Under the pieces are notes generated by a model, which was given only the letters and a program-made list of their open reading frames with translations, ran no database searches and was not told where the DNA came from. The position numbers and the translations under genes were made by a program. A stretch of DNA of 31,815 nucleotides from a virus (Duplodnaviria > Caudoviricetes), in IMG/VR virus record IMGVR_UViG_3300047301_000066, positions 1 through 31,815 of that record. One strand, written 5' to 3'. Shown here piece after piece: positions 17,494-26,620 of the stretch. Within the stretch, counting starts at the first letter, position 1. The number at the start of each line of letters is the position of its first letter.

Positions 17494-17814
17494 ATGAAGC
17501 CATCACCAGAAGTAATTAGAATCGCCATTGGAAAAGCCCGTAAAGACCGCGGAGACGCCAGCCAGTACCCCGCCGAAGAGTGTGACCGGTGTGGGGCTGC
17601 GGAGTGCGAGTGTGCCGAGGAATCAGAGGACCCAGAAGACGACGTAGAGTCCGACGCCGAAGGCGGTAGCGCTGCAGACTGGGCTGACCTGGTAGAGTCC
17701 GGTGTGTCTGGAGAAGAAGCGCAGGATCAAATCAGGATGTCTCCAGCTACGATTGCTCGGCTAAAGTCGGCGTTGGCAGAACTGGAGTCTGAGGACGAGT
17801 ATGGCGAAGATTAA
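17494..17814 (+). CDS. small acidic protein with CxxCxxxxCxC cluster
   Basis: GAGG RBS; CDRCGAAECEC; very D/E-rich. Confidence 0.65.
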   Translation: MKPSPEVIRIAIGKARKDRGDASQYPAEECDRCGAAECECAEESEDPEDDVESDAEGGSAADWADLVESGVSGEEAQDQIRMSPATIARLKSALAELESEDEYGED

Positions 17815-18250
17815 TTTAAGTCCGCACTTTACGCTAGAAGAACTTACGGTAACTTCTACTCGACACGACAACGCGCCGGGTACTAAGGAGCTACAGGCAC
17901 TGCAAGAACTTTGCGTACATGTACTGGAGCCACTGCGAGCACTAGCTGGCGGACCATTGCACGTTAATTCAGGCTATAGATCTGCCTTGGTTAATGCTGC
18001 GTGTCACGGGTCTCCGACCAGTCAACATTTGAACGGAGAAGCGGCTGATATCGTCGGTAGTACTTGTACACCGCTGGAATTAGCGTGGTTGGTTGTGGAT
18101 GCTGGACTTCCAGTAGATCAATTAATTTGGGAGAATACTTGGCTACACGTAAGCTACGGGCCTAAACGTAGAGGCCAGATTCTGACTGCTGTGTTTGGTA
18201 GTGGAAAGACAAAGTATAAAAGTGGATTACCTCCAAGACACCAGCCGTAA
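17801..18250 (+). CDS. endolysin, peptidase M15A family
   Basis: LSPHFTLEEL, SGYRS, SQHLNGEAADI, DQLIWE..WLHVSY. Confidence 0.9.
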   Translation: MAKINLSPHFTLEELTVTSTRHDNAPGTKELQALQELCVHVLEPLRALAGGPLHVNSGYRSALVNAACHGSPTSQHLNGEAADIVGSTCTPLELAWLVVDAGLPVDQLIWENTWLHVSYGPKRRGQILTAVFGSGKTKYKSGLPPRHQP

Positions 18251-18267
18251 TGCTCGGGGCCCTTGGC

Positions 18268-18840
18268 CTATGTAGTCTTAAGTGCCTCAACGTTGGCCAG
18301 ATGCCGAGCCATCATATCTTTCAGGATTCTTTTCGGCTTTGCTGGAGGAGCTCTAGGTACTCTGGTTTTTGCAGGCTCTTTTGTGCTCGCGACAACAACG
18401 GCCGGCTCTATCTTTTGTTCAAGTACTCTTTCAAAGGGCTGGTAGGAATACACAACTTCTCCATCTCCTTTTTCCTTTGGTGTTAGATTTTTGATTATCT
18501 CTATCGCCGTACCATCTGTGACTTGGTCGTTTCTCACGCGCAAGACGTTAAATCCCTTATCAAGGATGCGGTTAGTTTTCCAGCTATCTGTAGCGCGCTG
18601 GGTATCGGTATCGTGATACCCTCCGTCAATTTCAACGCACAAATTAAGACTGTGGATGTAGATATCAACAAAGAATCTGCGCTTTTTGCCGTCTCTGCGC
18701 CCAGCCATGGGCATTTCTGTCTGCACAGATAGATTTGATTCAGCCGCCTGTTCGCAGAGTAGTTTTTCCGCTGGAGTACGCGTGGCCGATTTCCTCAATG
18801 CAAGTAACCTGTCTGTTCTCTGATGCTTCTTCTTTTTCAT
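18268..18840 (-). CDS. DUF559 / Vsr-like endonuclease
   Basis: TPAEKLL, FFVDIY, CVEIDGGYH, GFNVLRVRNDQV. Confidence 0.8.
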   Translation of the reverse strand: MKKKKHQRTDRLLALRKSATRTPAEKLLCEQAAESNLSVQTEMPMAGRRDGKKRRFFVDIYIHSLNLCVEIDGGYHDTDTQRATDSWKTNRILDKGFNVLRVRNDQVTDGTAIEIIKNLTPKEKGDGEVVYSYQPFERVLEQKIEPAVVVASTKEPAKTRVPRAPPAKPKRILKDMMARHLANVEALKTT

Positions 18841-18940
18841 AAAGCGTCTACATCTAAATTAATATCTTCAGACTCATTTGTGGTCAGTCATCGTTAACCA
18901 CATCAAAAAACTAAAGAATATCACGTAGCCTATAACGAAT

Positions 18941-19483
18941 TTAGTCACTTTCTCCCCGTTTAACTACGTCCGCCATCCACAACTGCAACGGCTGGGTTAG
19001 CATTTCTCGAATTTGTTCCCGGGTCCAGATGTCTTCTGAAGCAATCCTAGCCGTGGGCATACCTGACGTGTATTCGGTTATGTAACCCCACAGCCCATCA
19101 TTAGCTAGTTGTGCGTACTCCAGGGCGTCTACGGCACCGTATTGTGACAGCAAAGACTGAGCCCGTATTTCTGCGTCTCTTTCGATCTCTAACACCGTTA
19201 AATAAGCTACCAAATTACGCTCAGGTAACAAGTCATACGCGTCCGAATACGTATCAAACACGTCCATGCCTCCTTCTAGGAACTGCAGCAGATGCCCGTA
19301 TTCGTGTGCTAGAGCCATGTACCACTCTGCACTAGCCGCAGCAACGGTTATCGTACGGGTGTGAGGATCAAATAACCCAGCTACTGGCTCGCCAGCATCC
19401 CAGACCAAACTAGTGGTGGGCAGGAGGACTTGTACGCGATGGCGCTTGCATTCGGCTAAGATGTGGGAGAGTAGTTGCATCAT
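18941..19483 (-). CDS. HExxH zinc metallopeptidase-like protein (ImmA/IrrE-like fold)
   Basis: GLFDP...ITV, LAHEYGHLLQ, downstream ERDAE. Confidence 0.65.
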   Translation of the reverse strand: MMQLLSHILAECKRHRVQVLLPTTSLVWDAGEPVAGLFDPHTRTITVAAASAEWYMALAHEYGHLLQFLEGGMDVFDTYSDAYDLLPERNLVAYLTVLEIERDAEIRAQSLLSQYGAVDALEYAQLANDGLWGYITEYTSGMPTARIASEDIWTREQIREMLTQPLQLWMADVVKRGESD

Positions 19484-19506
19484 GCTTTACCAAAGAAAAA
19501 AACCCT
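19484..19506 (-). promoter_or_regulatory. putative phage promoter motif (AGGGTT-N11-TAAA), leaderless
   Basis: Minus strand reads AGGGTT tttttctttgg TAAA gc ATG(19483). Confidence 0.55.
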
Positions 19507-19562
19507 GCAAACTATGGCTAGCCGAGGCAAAGGGTGTAAGGCGAGTGTATAAGGAGTCCAAA

Positions 19563-20309
19563 ATGAAGAACGCAGTAGTGTACGAAGGTGATAAGTGTTT
19601 TATTCAGGTAACGAACGCAGCAACAGGAGTAATTAGTCGGATCCAAGTAGACCCAGCAGACCTGCCAGTGCTTCTTAACCATTCTTGGCAAGTAAATAAC
19701 ACAGGCTATGCTCGTACAACACAAAAAGCCAATGGTAAGTTTTTCACTACCTATATGCACCGGTTCCTGACTGAGTGCCCCGAGGATCTTGTAGTCAATC
19801 ACAGAGACTTCAATCGGTTGAATAATACCCGTGCAAACATGGAGGTATGTAGCCAGATGCATAATCTGTTGCACAATCATGGCAAAGGGATCCGTCGGAA
19901 CTCCAGCGGACATTGTAGCGCCCAGGTAGGCATTGGCGGAGGAGAGGTACGACTAGGCACCTTCCCGACCGAAGAGGAAGCTAGGGCCGCCTATAACGCA
20001 GCGAAGTCCATATTGCGCAGTCTGCCAATTAGATATACTGACGAAGAACTGCAGCTGGCAATTCTAGAAGTTAAAAAACTCAAATCTACCCACCCACACG
20101 CAGCTCCGCGAACAACAGGAAAAAAGGGGTACGCAAAGGATCCCAAGAGTGGCAAGTACTACGCGCGGTTAATGCGCAATGGAAAACTACATCACTTGGG
20201 CGGGTTTTATACGGAAGAAGAGGCAAGGCAAGCTTACCTAGAGGCTAAAGGAGTTTTCAATGTTGGTGGATGTCAAATGCAAAACACCGGAGTGTCCAGC
20301 TCCTGTTGA
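19563..20309 (+). CDS. HNH homing endonuclease with two AP2 domains
   Basis: YMHRFL...VNHRDFNRLNNTRANM; LGTFPTEEEARAAY and LGGFYTEEEARQAY; AAGGAG RBS gives start 19563. Confidence 0.88.
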   Translation: MKNAVVYEGDKCFIQVTNAATGVISRIQVDPADLPVLLNHSWQVNNTGYARTTQKANGKFFTTYMHRFLTECPEDLVVNHRDFNRLNNTRANMEVCSQMHNLLHNHGKGIRRNSSGHCSAQVGIGGGEVRLGTFPTEEEARAAYNAAKSILRSLPIRYTDEELQLAILEVKKLKSTHPHAAPRTTGKKGYAKDPKSGKYYARLMRNGKLHHLGGFYTEEEARQAYLEAKGVFNVGGCQMQNTGVSSSC

Positions 20310-20463
20310 AGAAATCCTAATCAAGCGGGCAGACGTAGAGCCAGACGGCCGTATACGGGAGCACCAGTGCCCTGTATGCGGTCAGTCTCTTTTTAAGCCT
20401 ACGCAGCCCCAACGCACCAGCTTTGCTCTCGTGGGCAAGTGGTTCGCCAACGGCGGATACTAA
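20260..20463 (+). CDS. FmdB-like zinc-ribbon protein
   Basis: DVKCKTPEC...CPVCG...SFALVGKWFANGGY; AAGGAG RBS. Confidence 0.75.
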   Translation: MLVDVKCKTPECPAPVEEILIKRADVEPDGRIREHQCPVCGQSLFKPTQPQRTSFALVGKWFANGGY

Positions 20464-20464
20464 A

Positions 20465-20749
20465 GTGGCGGCCTTCAAAGACTTAATACACCCCGATCTA
20501 GCCGACGTATTAGAGTTGTGGCTAGCGGAAATAACCAAAATTATCCCATTGGATTTGTCCCAGGGCATTTCCATACAATATCGCGGTGGACACGCATGGG
20601 TATGCGTATTGGCCCGGACCGAGCTGGATCCCCAAGCAACAGATTACGTTTCCGTAGACGTATCGGCATGGGCTGACGAGAGGGGCTCGGTAGTAGGCAT
20701 GCGGTGGGTGGACCTACACGCAGATGCTCTAGGTTTCGGGGTGCTGTAG
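20465..20749 (+). CDS. hypothetical protein
   Basis: GTG at 20465 just after the previous stop; fills the operon gap. Confidence 0.55.
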   Translation: MAAFKDLIHPDLADVLELWLAEITKIIPLDLSQGISIQYRGGHAWVCVLARTELDPQATDYVSVDVSAWADERGSVVGMRWVDLHADALGFGVL

Positions 20750-20751
20750 GC

Positions 20752-20776
20752 CGGGTTGTGCGGTTCCATAAGATAT
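20752..20776 (+). promoter_or_regulatory. putative phage promoter motif (CGGGTT-N11-TAAG) upstream of scaffold and capsid genes
   Basis: CGGGTT gtgcggttcca TAAG at ATCAG; shares GGTTCnnTAAGATAT with the 9885 site. Confidence 0.65.
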
Positions 20777-20815
20777 CAGCGGACACACCACTGAGTACTT
20801 CTAGGAGTTTTAACC

Positions 20816-21661
20816 TTGTCTGATAATAACCTCGACGCAAATACTGGTTCGTCCCCAGAGATCGATAGTAACTCCGCCGACCAGGCCAGTACCGCCAGTG
20901 CTGCACCTAAGTCCGCTAGAGAGTTTCTAACTGAACGCAGCCAGCAGGCCAAAGCCCGATCTGCAGCGAAAGTCCCCAACGGAGAAGCCCTGGCAGGCGA
21001 GCCCGCAAAAGACTCTGACCCAAAAGGTGCCTCAGAAACACCAGTACCCGCCGATAAGAAGAACACTTCCGACCCTCGCGTACAAAAGCGTATGGACCAG
21101 CTAACGGCTCGTTACCACGAGTCAGAACGCAAATCCGCCGCCCAGAACGTAGAGCTACAAAAGTATAAAAAAGTTGCTGAGATGCTAGAGGCTGAAGTCA
21201 GCCGCATGGAAAAACTAGTTAAGTTAGATCCCCATCAAGAAGCGCAATTACGCGCCCAGCGGGATCGAGACATTCAGGACTTCAATAAGTCAATTGTAGG
21301 CAAGGATGAAGAGCTTTATACGGAATCCACTTCGCAGTGGGCCGTAGAGCAGCGTGCAGACGAAATATCACAGGAAATTAACGATTTAGTTTCTGACCGG
21401 TACGATCTGACTTCACTGGAAGAAGTTCTAATTAGAATGCGAGACACCGGAGACACAGCCGAAAAGGCCGCCCGGTACTTGCACGAATCACGAGTACAAA
21501 AGTCGCAGCGTCATAAGACGCCAGCACACCCCGGCACTACTGCAAACAGCGGTGCCAGCAGCAAAGCCCCTGATGCACGAGTGTACCAGGGAACCGGAGA
21601 CATCGCTAACGCATTACGCGAACGAATTGCTCTACGGACAGGCCGCGCTGGTAAGAACTAA
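20816..21661 (+). CDS. capsid scaffolding protein
   Basis: Disordered N-terminus, VQKRMDQLTARYHE coiled coil, directly upstream of the capsid gene; TTG start with AGGAG. Confidence 0.75.
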   Translation: MSDNNLDANTGSSPEIDSNSADQASTASAAPKSAREFLTERSQQAKARSAAKVPNGEALAGEPAKDSDPKGASETPVPADKKNTSDPRVQKRMDQLTARYHESERKSAAQNVELQKYKKVAEMLEAEVSRMEKLVKLDPHQEAQLRAQRDRDIQDFNKSIVGKDEELYTESTSQWAVEQRADEISQEINDLVSDRYDLTSLEEVLIRMRDTGDTAEKAARYLHESRVQKSQRHKTPAHPGTTANSGASSKAPDARVYQGTGDIANALRERIALRTGRAGKN

Positions 21662-21683
21662 CTTTTTTTAAGAGGATATACAG

Positions 21684-23060
21684 ATGGCTAATCAAGACGG
21701 AATTTCAGCTAGTGACATTGTAGACTTTGCAGCTCGCGAAGGCAATAAGAAGATCGAAGAGCAAGTTAATATGAAGGCGCGACTTTTTAGCGCGCTCGAT
21801 AAGCAGAAGATGACCGGTAAGCGGGCGATTATCAACATCGTCGCCGGTGGTTTGTCCAGCACCAGCCAGGTCGAGGATTTTGGCGCTCTTCCTACGGAAG
21901 CTGCCTCAACCCCTGACCAGGGCTTTGTAGACGCGGTTGCGTATGTTTCCCGGCTCGGCCTGGGTCGTATCGCCCTCGCTACGCTCTCGGGCGTGGATGA
22001 CTCAGCGGACCTCCTAGACACCCAGATCGGGCTTGCTGCTAGCGATATGGCTCGCCAGGTCGGTCGCGCTGTTTACGGTAGCACCCTCGCTATCCCTACT
22101 GCTTCAACCAACACTGTTCGTCAGGCAGTTGCCGGTGAGGTTGTTACGATGACAGTTACTTTGGCTGGTGGTCTAAGCGACTTCCGAGAAGGTGAAGCGT
22201 ATGTTTTTGAGGCTGCTGCGGTTACGACTGGCTCATTTCCTGTGCTTTGTACCAATGTTGCGATTACTTCCGCTAGCGTAGCTACGGTTACTTTTGTCGG
22301 CGGCCCCACTGGTGTTCCTGGTTACCAGACCACTACCTTTGCAGATAATCTCATGGTTTCTTGCGGTGGTGCTGCTGGCGAAGCTGCTGGCGTTATCGGT
22401 GACATTGCGGTTGGCGACAGGTTCTTCCTGCTCGGTTCACGCGTCAAGCCCACTGCCGGCTCTGCTGCAACTGGTTTGGTTACTCGTGGTGCCGCTAACG
22501 CTTCGCTGGTTAGCCTCGATACCATCTTTGCTTCTGGGTCACTACACGGCCTCGCCAGCGGCGTACTCGGTTGGACCGGTATCTCGTTTGCTGCCGCTCT
22601 GCCTACCGCTCAGACGTTCATGCAGGCCAGCCAGATCATGCAGGCCCGCTCCGGCGACCCCGCTACTCACCTGGTTCTTAATAATGTCGCGGCTGCCGCG
22701 TACGCTTCTGCCCAGGTTAGCTCTGGTTCGTTTCTAACCTCGCTTACCACGCAGCCCCGTCGCAACGTCGACGGCAAGCTTGACCAACTCGGTAAGGGTG
22801 CTGACTCTGAGTCTGGCATCTCGATGTTCGGTCGTCCGATCATCATCGACAATAACTGCCCAGCTAGCCAGTCATTTCTGATCAACAAAGATTACCTCAA
22901 GGTTGGCGAATGGCAGAAGATGCAGGCCGAAGACGAAGGTGGTTCACCGCTGTTGCTGAGCCGCACGACTTTCAGCAAAGAAGTTCAGTATTCTTGCATT
23001 TATAACTTGATCTGCAAGAAGCGGAACGCTCACGCCCAACAGCTCCTAACCCTAGCCTGA
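21684..23060 (+). CDS. major capsid protein (HK97 fold, with insertion domain)
   Basis: DMARQVGRAVYG, MFGRPIIIDNNCP...FLIN, YNLICKKRNAHA; preceded by the scaffold and followed by a terminator. Confidence 0.85.
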   Translation: MANQDGISASDIVDFAAREGNKKIEEQVNMKARLFSALDKQKMTGKRAIINIVAGGLSSTSQVEDFGALPTEAASTPDQGFVDAVAYVSRLGLGRIALATLSGVDDSADLLDTQIGLAASDMARQVGRAVYGSTLAIPTASTNTVRQAVAGEVVTMTVTLAGGLSDFREGEAYVFEAAAVTTGSFPVLCTNVAITSASVATVTFVGGPTGVPGYQTTTFADNLMVSCGGAAGEAAGVIGDIAVGDRFFLLGSRVKPTAGSAATGLVTRGAANASLVSLDTIFASGSLHGLASGVLGWTGISFAAALPTAQTFMQASQIMQARSGDPATHLVLNNVAAAAYASAQVSSGSFLTSLTTQPRRNVDGKLDQLGKGADSESGISMFGRPIIIDNNCPASQSFLINKDYLKVGEWQKMQAEDEGGSPLLLSRTTFSKEVQYSCIYNLICKKRNAHAQQLLTLA

Positions 23061-23081
23061 GTTGTAGTAGTGGCAACTGAA

Positions 23082-23113
23082 GAAACCCCGCTTATTAGGC
23101 GGGGTTTTTCTTT
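23082..23113 (+). terminator. intrinsic terminator after the capsid gene
   Basis: AAACCCCGC-TTATTAG-GCGGGGTTT followed by TTCTTT. Confidence 0.9.
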
Positions 23114-23114
23114 G

Positions 23115-23136
23115 CGGGTTGTGAACTACCCAAGTC
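23115..23136 (+). promoter_or_regulatory. putative phage promoter motif (CGGGTT-N10-CAAG), leaderless
   Basis: CGGGTT gtgaactacc CAAG tc ATG(23137), immediately after the terminator; no Shine-Dalgarno. Confidence 0.7.
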
Positions 23137-23526
23137 ATGCAACTAGAACTATCACCACGCAGCCTACAACGACTTTTCAATAGGCGGATGTCCCGCGAAG
23201 GCTACGTAGCAATCGTAAATAAGTGGGATTCCACTGCAGAAACAATGGTTTGTCACATCGACCGAGCCAACACCACCCGTGGCCTGTTTACTGAGCGCGG
23301 AGATCGCCGTAATAGCATGGGCGTATTGGATATGCCTTGCATAGAAATAAGATTTTCTCGCCTAGTACGTGATACCCAGCGCCAACTCCGCCAGTGGACT
23401 GACGTAATGGAGCGCCGAGACCGCATTGACCTAGCCCGGGAAGCTGAACTATCGGGTGAGCTTAAAGACAAGTGGAACGCCATGCTTAATCGTCACAATT
23501 TCTACCCAGTTACAAGGTCAAAATGA
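23137..23526 (+). CDS. hypothetical protein (Arg-rich)
   Basis: 129-aa ORF, ATGA-coupled to the next gene. Confidence 0.65.
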   Translation: MQLELSPRSLQRLFNRRMSREGYVAIVNKWDSTAETMVCHIDRANTTRGLFTERGDRRNSMGVLDMPCIEIRFSRLVRDTQRQLRQWTDVMERRDRIDLAREAELSGELKDKWNAMLNRHNFYPVTRSK

Positions 23527-24170
23527 TTGTATCCCAAGCCTTATCCCGAGTACGTCAGCGTCTTGACGACGTCAATAATGGCGCGGATTCGCGCTGGTCC
23601 GACATAGAACTACGAGAATGCCTGCAACTAGCCCACGATATGGTGCTATCAGAAGCAGTACGTTACGGCGTTCACCAGTCTTTTCGGCTTACGGCTCAAA
23701 CGTCAGTAGGTAGCGGACAAATCATTGTCCCCCCTAACGTAAAGATTATCTCAGCTTTTTATCTCGCGGGCAACGCTCGCATACCGATCTATGCAGCACC
23801 TCCCCGCAATCGTACTTACGTAGACCTGGGGGTCACGGGGTCAGTAGAGATCGATTATATCGCCCGTAATAACGTTGATTGGTCCAGCGCAGGTGATGCC
23901 TCGACCGTAACGTACGGCACTGTTAACGTAGCTGATCCCGTGTGGGACGCGTATGTCACGGTGCTAGCGGCAATAGATGCCTCTGTAAAAGAAGGGGAAG
24001 CTAATCCGTTGCTGCAAGATCAAGCTGCTAGATTGCGAGAATCCCTGCAATTTAAGCCCACCACCGGCCAGCTCGCAGTTATTCCTGGTGGATTTGGCGG
24101 TGGTGCTCAGCCCGAAGCTAGGCTGTATTACTATATGCGTAGCCCACTTGTCCTAGAGGTATATCGATGA
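23523..24170 (+). CDS. head-tail adaptor / tail tubular A-like protein
   Basis: LSRVRQRLDD...RWSDIELRECLQLA N-terminal helices typical of podovirus adaptors; adjacent to the portal. Confidence 0.65.
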   Translation: MIVSQALSRVRQRLDDVNNGADSRWSDIELRECLQLAHDMVLSEAVRYGVHQSFRLTAQTSVGSGQIIVPPNVKIISAFYLAGNARIPIYAAPPRNRTYVDLGVTGSVEIDYIARNNVDWSSAGDASTVTYGTVNVADPVWDAYVTVLAAIDASVKEGEANPLLQDQAARLRESLQFKPTTGQLAVIPGGFGGGAQPEARLYYYMRSPLVLEVYR

Positions 24171-25999
24171 GCACTAGTAAATACTCCCGAGCTGAACGGG
24201 ATTTAATCGTTGGAGATGACGAACAAATTCTAGCGTTGTTAGAGCAGTGCAAACTAAACGCCACCGGCCCTTTTCGCCGGGTATTAACCCAGTCCCGGTC
24301 TAATGAACGTATTGCCTCAGGCAATCTCGTGCCAGAGCAGTCCGGTAGATCGTTATTTGGTGTGTCGGAAGAATACCTAAATGCCCCGCAGCAAATTCTC
24401 CAAAACCTTGTACTGGCGTGGTCCAGCCAGATAACCAAAGATCGCCCCAGTGTGTACGCGGTTCCTTGCTCAACAGACCTAAGCGCGGTTTCTGCGTCTA
24501 AAATTTACACAAAAGTCATTGAGTACACCGAGCAAGAAGAAGGCGTGCAGAAAAAGTGGACTACTACGGCTGAGAACGCGGCTTACGCAGGTACTGGGTT
24601 CATGTACATTGTATTTAATCCAGAAAAAGCTAGGGTAGTATGGCGTGCTCTAAGCGTGCATGATGTTATCCTAGATGACCGGCCTGAGCGTGAAGACGTG
24701 CAGTGGTGCGTTATTCGGGAGTACATTGACGAGCACGTTGCTGAAGCCATGCTAGACGCAGCCGCCCCAGACGACGCAGTTGCTGGCGCTACACCCGACA
24801 CCGAAACCTACACCGACGGTTCGGGTGATGAGCACCGTGGCGTGCCGAAGTATACTATATGGTATCGCCCAGGTCCTCGGTACGCTAAAGGCCTGTACGC
24901 GTGCATTGTAGGTGACACCGTAGTGGAATCCACAGAATATCCGTATGTTTTTCCTGATGCAGACGGTAGCAAAGATGTTTCATTGCTGCCCGTGGCTTGG
25001 TGGCATTGCCGCGCTAATCGTGGCTCTCCATTGGGCGGGACGTGGGCCAATGACGTGGCTCCCTTGCAAGTACACCTTAATCGGTTGAACTCCAAATTAC
25101 TCCGCAACGCGCAGCAAGCGCAATCTTATTTGGTGCTACCTAAGTCAATGCAGTCCAACGAAGGATTCGATCCCAGCAACGGTATTATCTACACCCCAAC
25201 TGCAGGCCAAGGCGATCAAAAGCCAGAGTGGATTAATCCTGCTCCGTTGGATCCTAATCAGATCCAAGAAAAAGCTAGTTTAATTCAGTCGATGTACGAG
25301 TCTGCAGGTATTTCCGCGCAGTCCACGGGTCAAGCCGGGTCGTCTAGCGGCAAACAGCTTGCCTACCAAGCAGAACTCGACGTGCAAAAACATGCTACTT
25401 CGTTTAAATCTCTGGAGGTCGCTATTCAGGACTCGTGGATCTTAGATTTGAAACTAAAACAGAAATACTACACGGTTCCGCAGCAAATGGCCCTGTCTGA
25501 TGGTGGCAATGCAATGGTTTGGTCAGGCGCTGATATCGCTGGTATTGATATTCGTCTAGAGCCCCGGTCAGCCCGTGATGGTGCTTCGTCATCGAAGACC
25601 GACAAACTTAAAGCTGATATCGCGGCAGGATTTGCACCGATTGAGTCCCTAGCGGCTGAACAGCCTACACCTACTAGTGCTGCTAGCGCCATTATCGCTA
25701 GTGACTTAATCGACCGGTTGATCGCTGGCGAAGACGTAAGCATCGGACCTGAGTCTGCTGATCCAGTTGCGTTGCTAGAAGCAATCGACCGTAAAATTAA
25801 TGAAGCCTTACTAGCCCGAGACATCGAACTAGCTGAAAGACTCAGTGCTTTTAAACAACAGCTCCAGAGAGACCTAGCCATGGCTTCGGCCCCTAGTGCA
25901 GAACCAGCAGGAGCGCCTCCAGCAGCCGCTGCGACGCCGTTGCCGGACACCGTAGCTAATACGGACTCGATAGCAGTAGAAGGAGCCCAAGTCCAGTGA
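24167..25999 (+). CDS. portal protein (P22-like)
   Basis: 610 aa; ITKDRPSVYAVP, AAYAGTGFM, VAPLQVHLNRLNS, ESAGIS...G..SSGKQL. Confidence 0.85.
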   Translation: MSTSKYSRAERDLIVGDDEQILALLEQCKLNATGPFRRVLTQSRSNERIASGNLVPEQSGRSLFGVSEEYLNAPQQILQNLVLAWSSQITKDRPSVYAVPCSTDLSAVSASKIYTKVIEYTEQEEGVQKKWTTTAENAAYAGTGFMYIVFNPEKARVVWRALSVHDVILDDRPEREDVQWCVIREYIDEHVAEAMLDAAAPDDAVAGATPDTETYTDGSGDEHRGVPKYTIWYRPGPRYAKGLYACIVGDTVVESTEYPYVFPDADGSKDVSLLPVAWWHCRANRGSPLGGTWANDVAPLQVHLNRLNSKLLRNAQQAQSYLVLPKSMQSNEGFDPSNGIIYTPTAGQGDQKPEWINPAPLDPNQIQEKASLIQSMYESAGISAQSTGQAGSSSGKQLAYQAELDVQKHATSFKSLEVAIQDSWILDLKLKQKYYTVPQQMALSDGGNAMVWSGADIAGIDIRLEPRSARDGASSSKTDKLKADIAAGFAPIESLAAEQPTPTSAASAIIASDLIDRLIAGEDVSIGPESADPVALLEAIDRKINEALLARDIELAERLSAFKQQLQRDLAMASAPSAEPAGAPPAAAATPLPDTVANTDSIAVEGAQVQ

Positions 26000-26619
26000 G
26001 TCTTACGTATCCAAGTCATAAAATAGCTACAGCTACCACCTATACGCAGGAAACCTTAACGGCCTGTGTTAATGGTAGCGTCGTGGCTATGGATTGTCGC
26101 ACACGGGTACGGATTGGCATTACTGGCGCAGGTACCTTTACGTTAGAGGCGTCTACAGAAGATGGCATGTATCGTATGCTGGTGTGTGAAACCATCGCCG
26201 GTGGATCTACACTGTCGCTGGCCAGTGCAGGAAATACAAAACTTTTAAACGGTTCTTGGGCTCCTACGGTTACAGGTGAAGCGCTAGGCGTTATGTGGAA
26301 TGCCACCTTAAGTAAGTGGGTTGAGTTGTGGCGGTCTCAGGCTGCGGCTTCAGGTGGCGGCACTTACGGACAAGCAACTGCTGCATTTACGTTGGGTATG
26401 GACTCTATTACGGTGTCGGTTGTAGACGCTGGGGTTTCGACGGGGTCTAATATAATCGCGTCAGTCGGTGTGTCACCCGGCAGAGATCCAGATGAATTTG
26501 AATTCACACCGGTAATACCTTACGTAGCTACGATAACGCCGGGTGTTGGATTCGATATTTTAGTAGTGACGAACGGCGACTCTGATGGCGCTTGCTTAAT
26601 TAATTATACGAGGGACTAA
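25996..26619 (+). CDS. putative virion structural protein
   Basis: GTGA coupling; two beta-rich halves joined by ASGGG; VMWNATLSKWVE is a fibre-like motif. Confidence 0.55.
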   Translation: MSLTYPSHKIATATTYTQETLTACVNGSVVAMDCRTRVRIGITGAGTFTLEASTEDGMYRMLVCETIAGGSTLSLASAGNTKLLNGSWAPTVTGEALGVMWNATLSKWVELWRSQAAASGGGTYGQATAAFTLGMDSITVSVVDAGVSTGSNIIASVGVSPGRDPDEFEFTPVIPYVATITPGVGFDILVVTNGDSDGACLINYTRD

Positions 26620-26620
26620 T

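Noticed and set aside
23040-23113. Programmed frameshift or readthrough extension of the capsid protein
   Set aside because: No slippery heptamer, and a terminator follows within about 20 bp.
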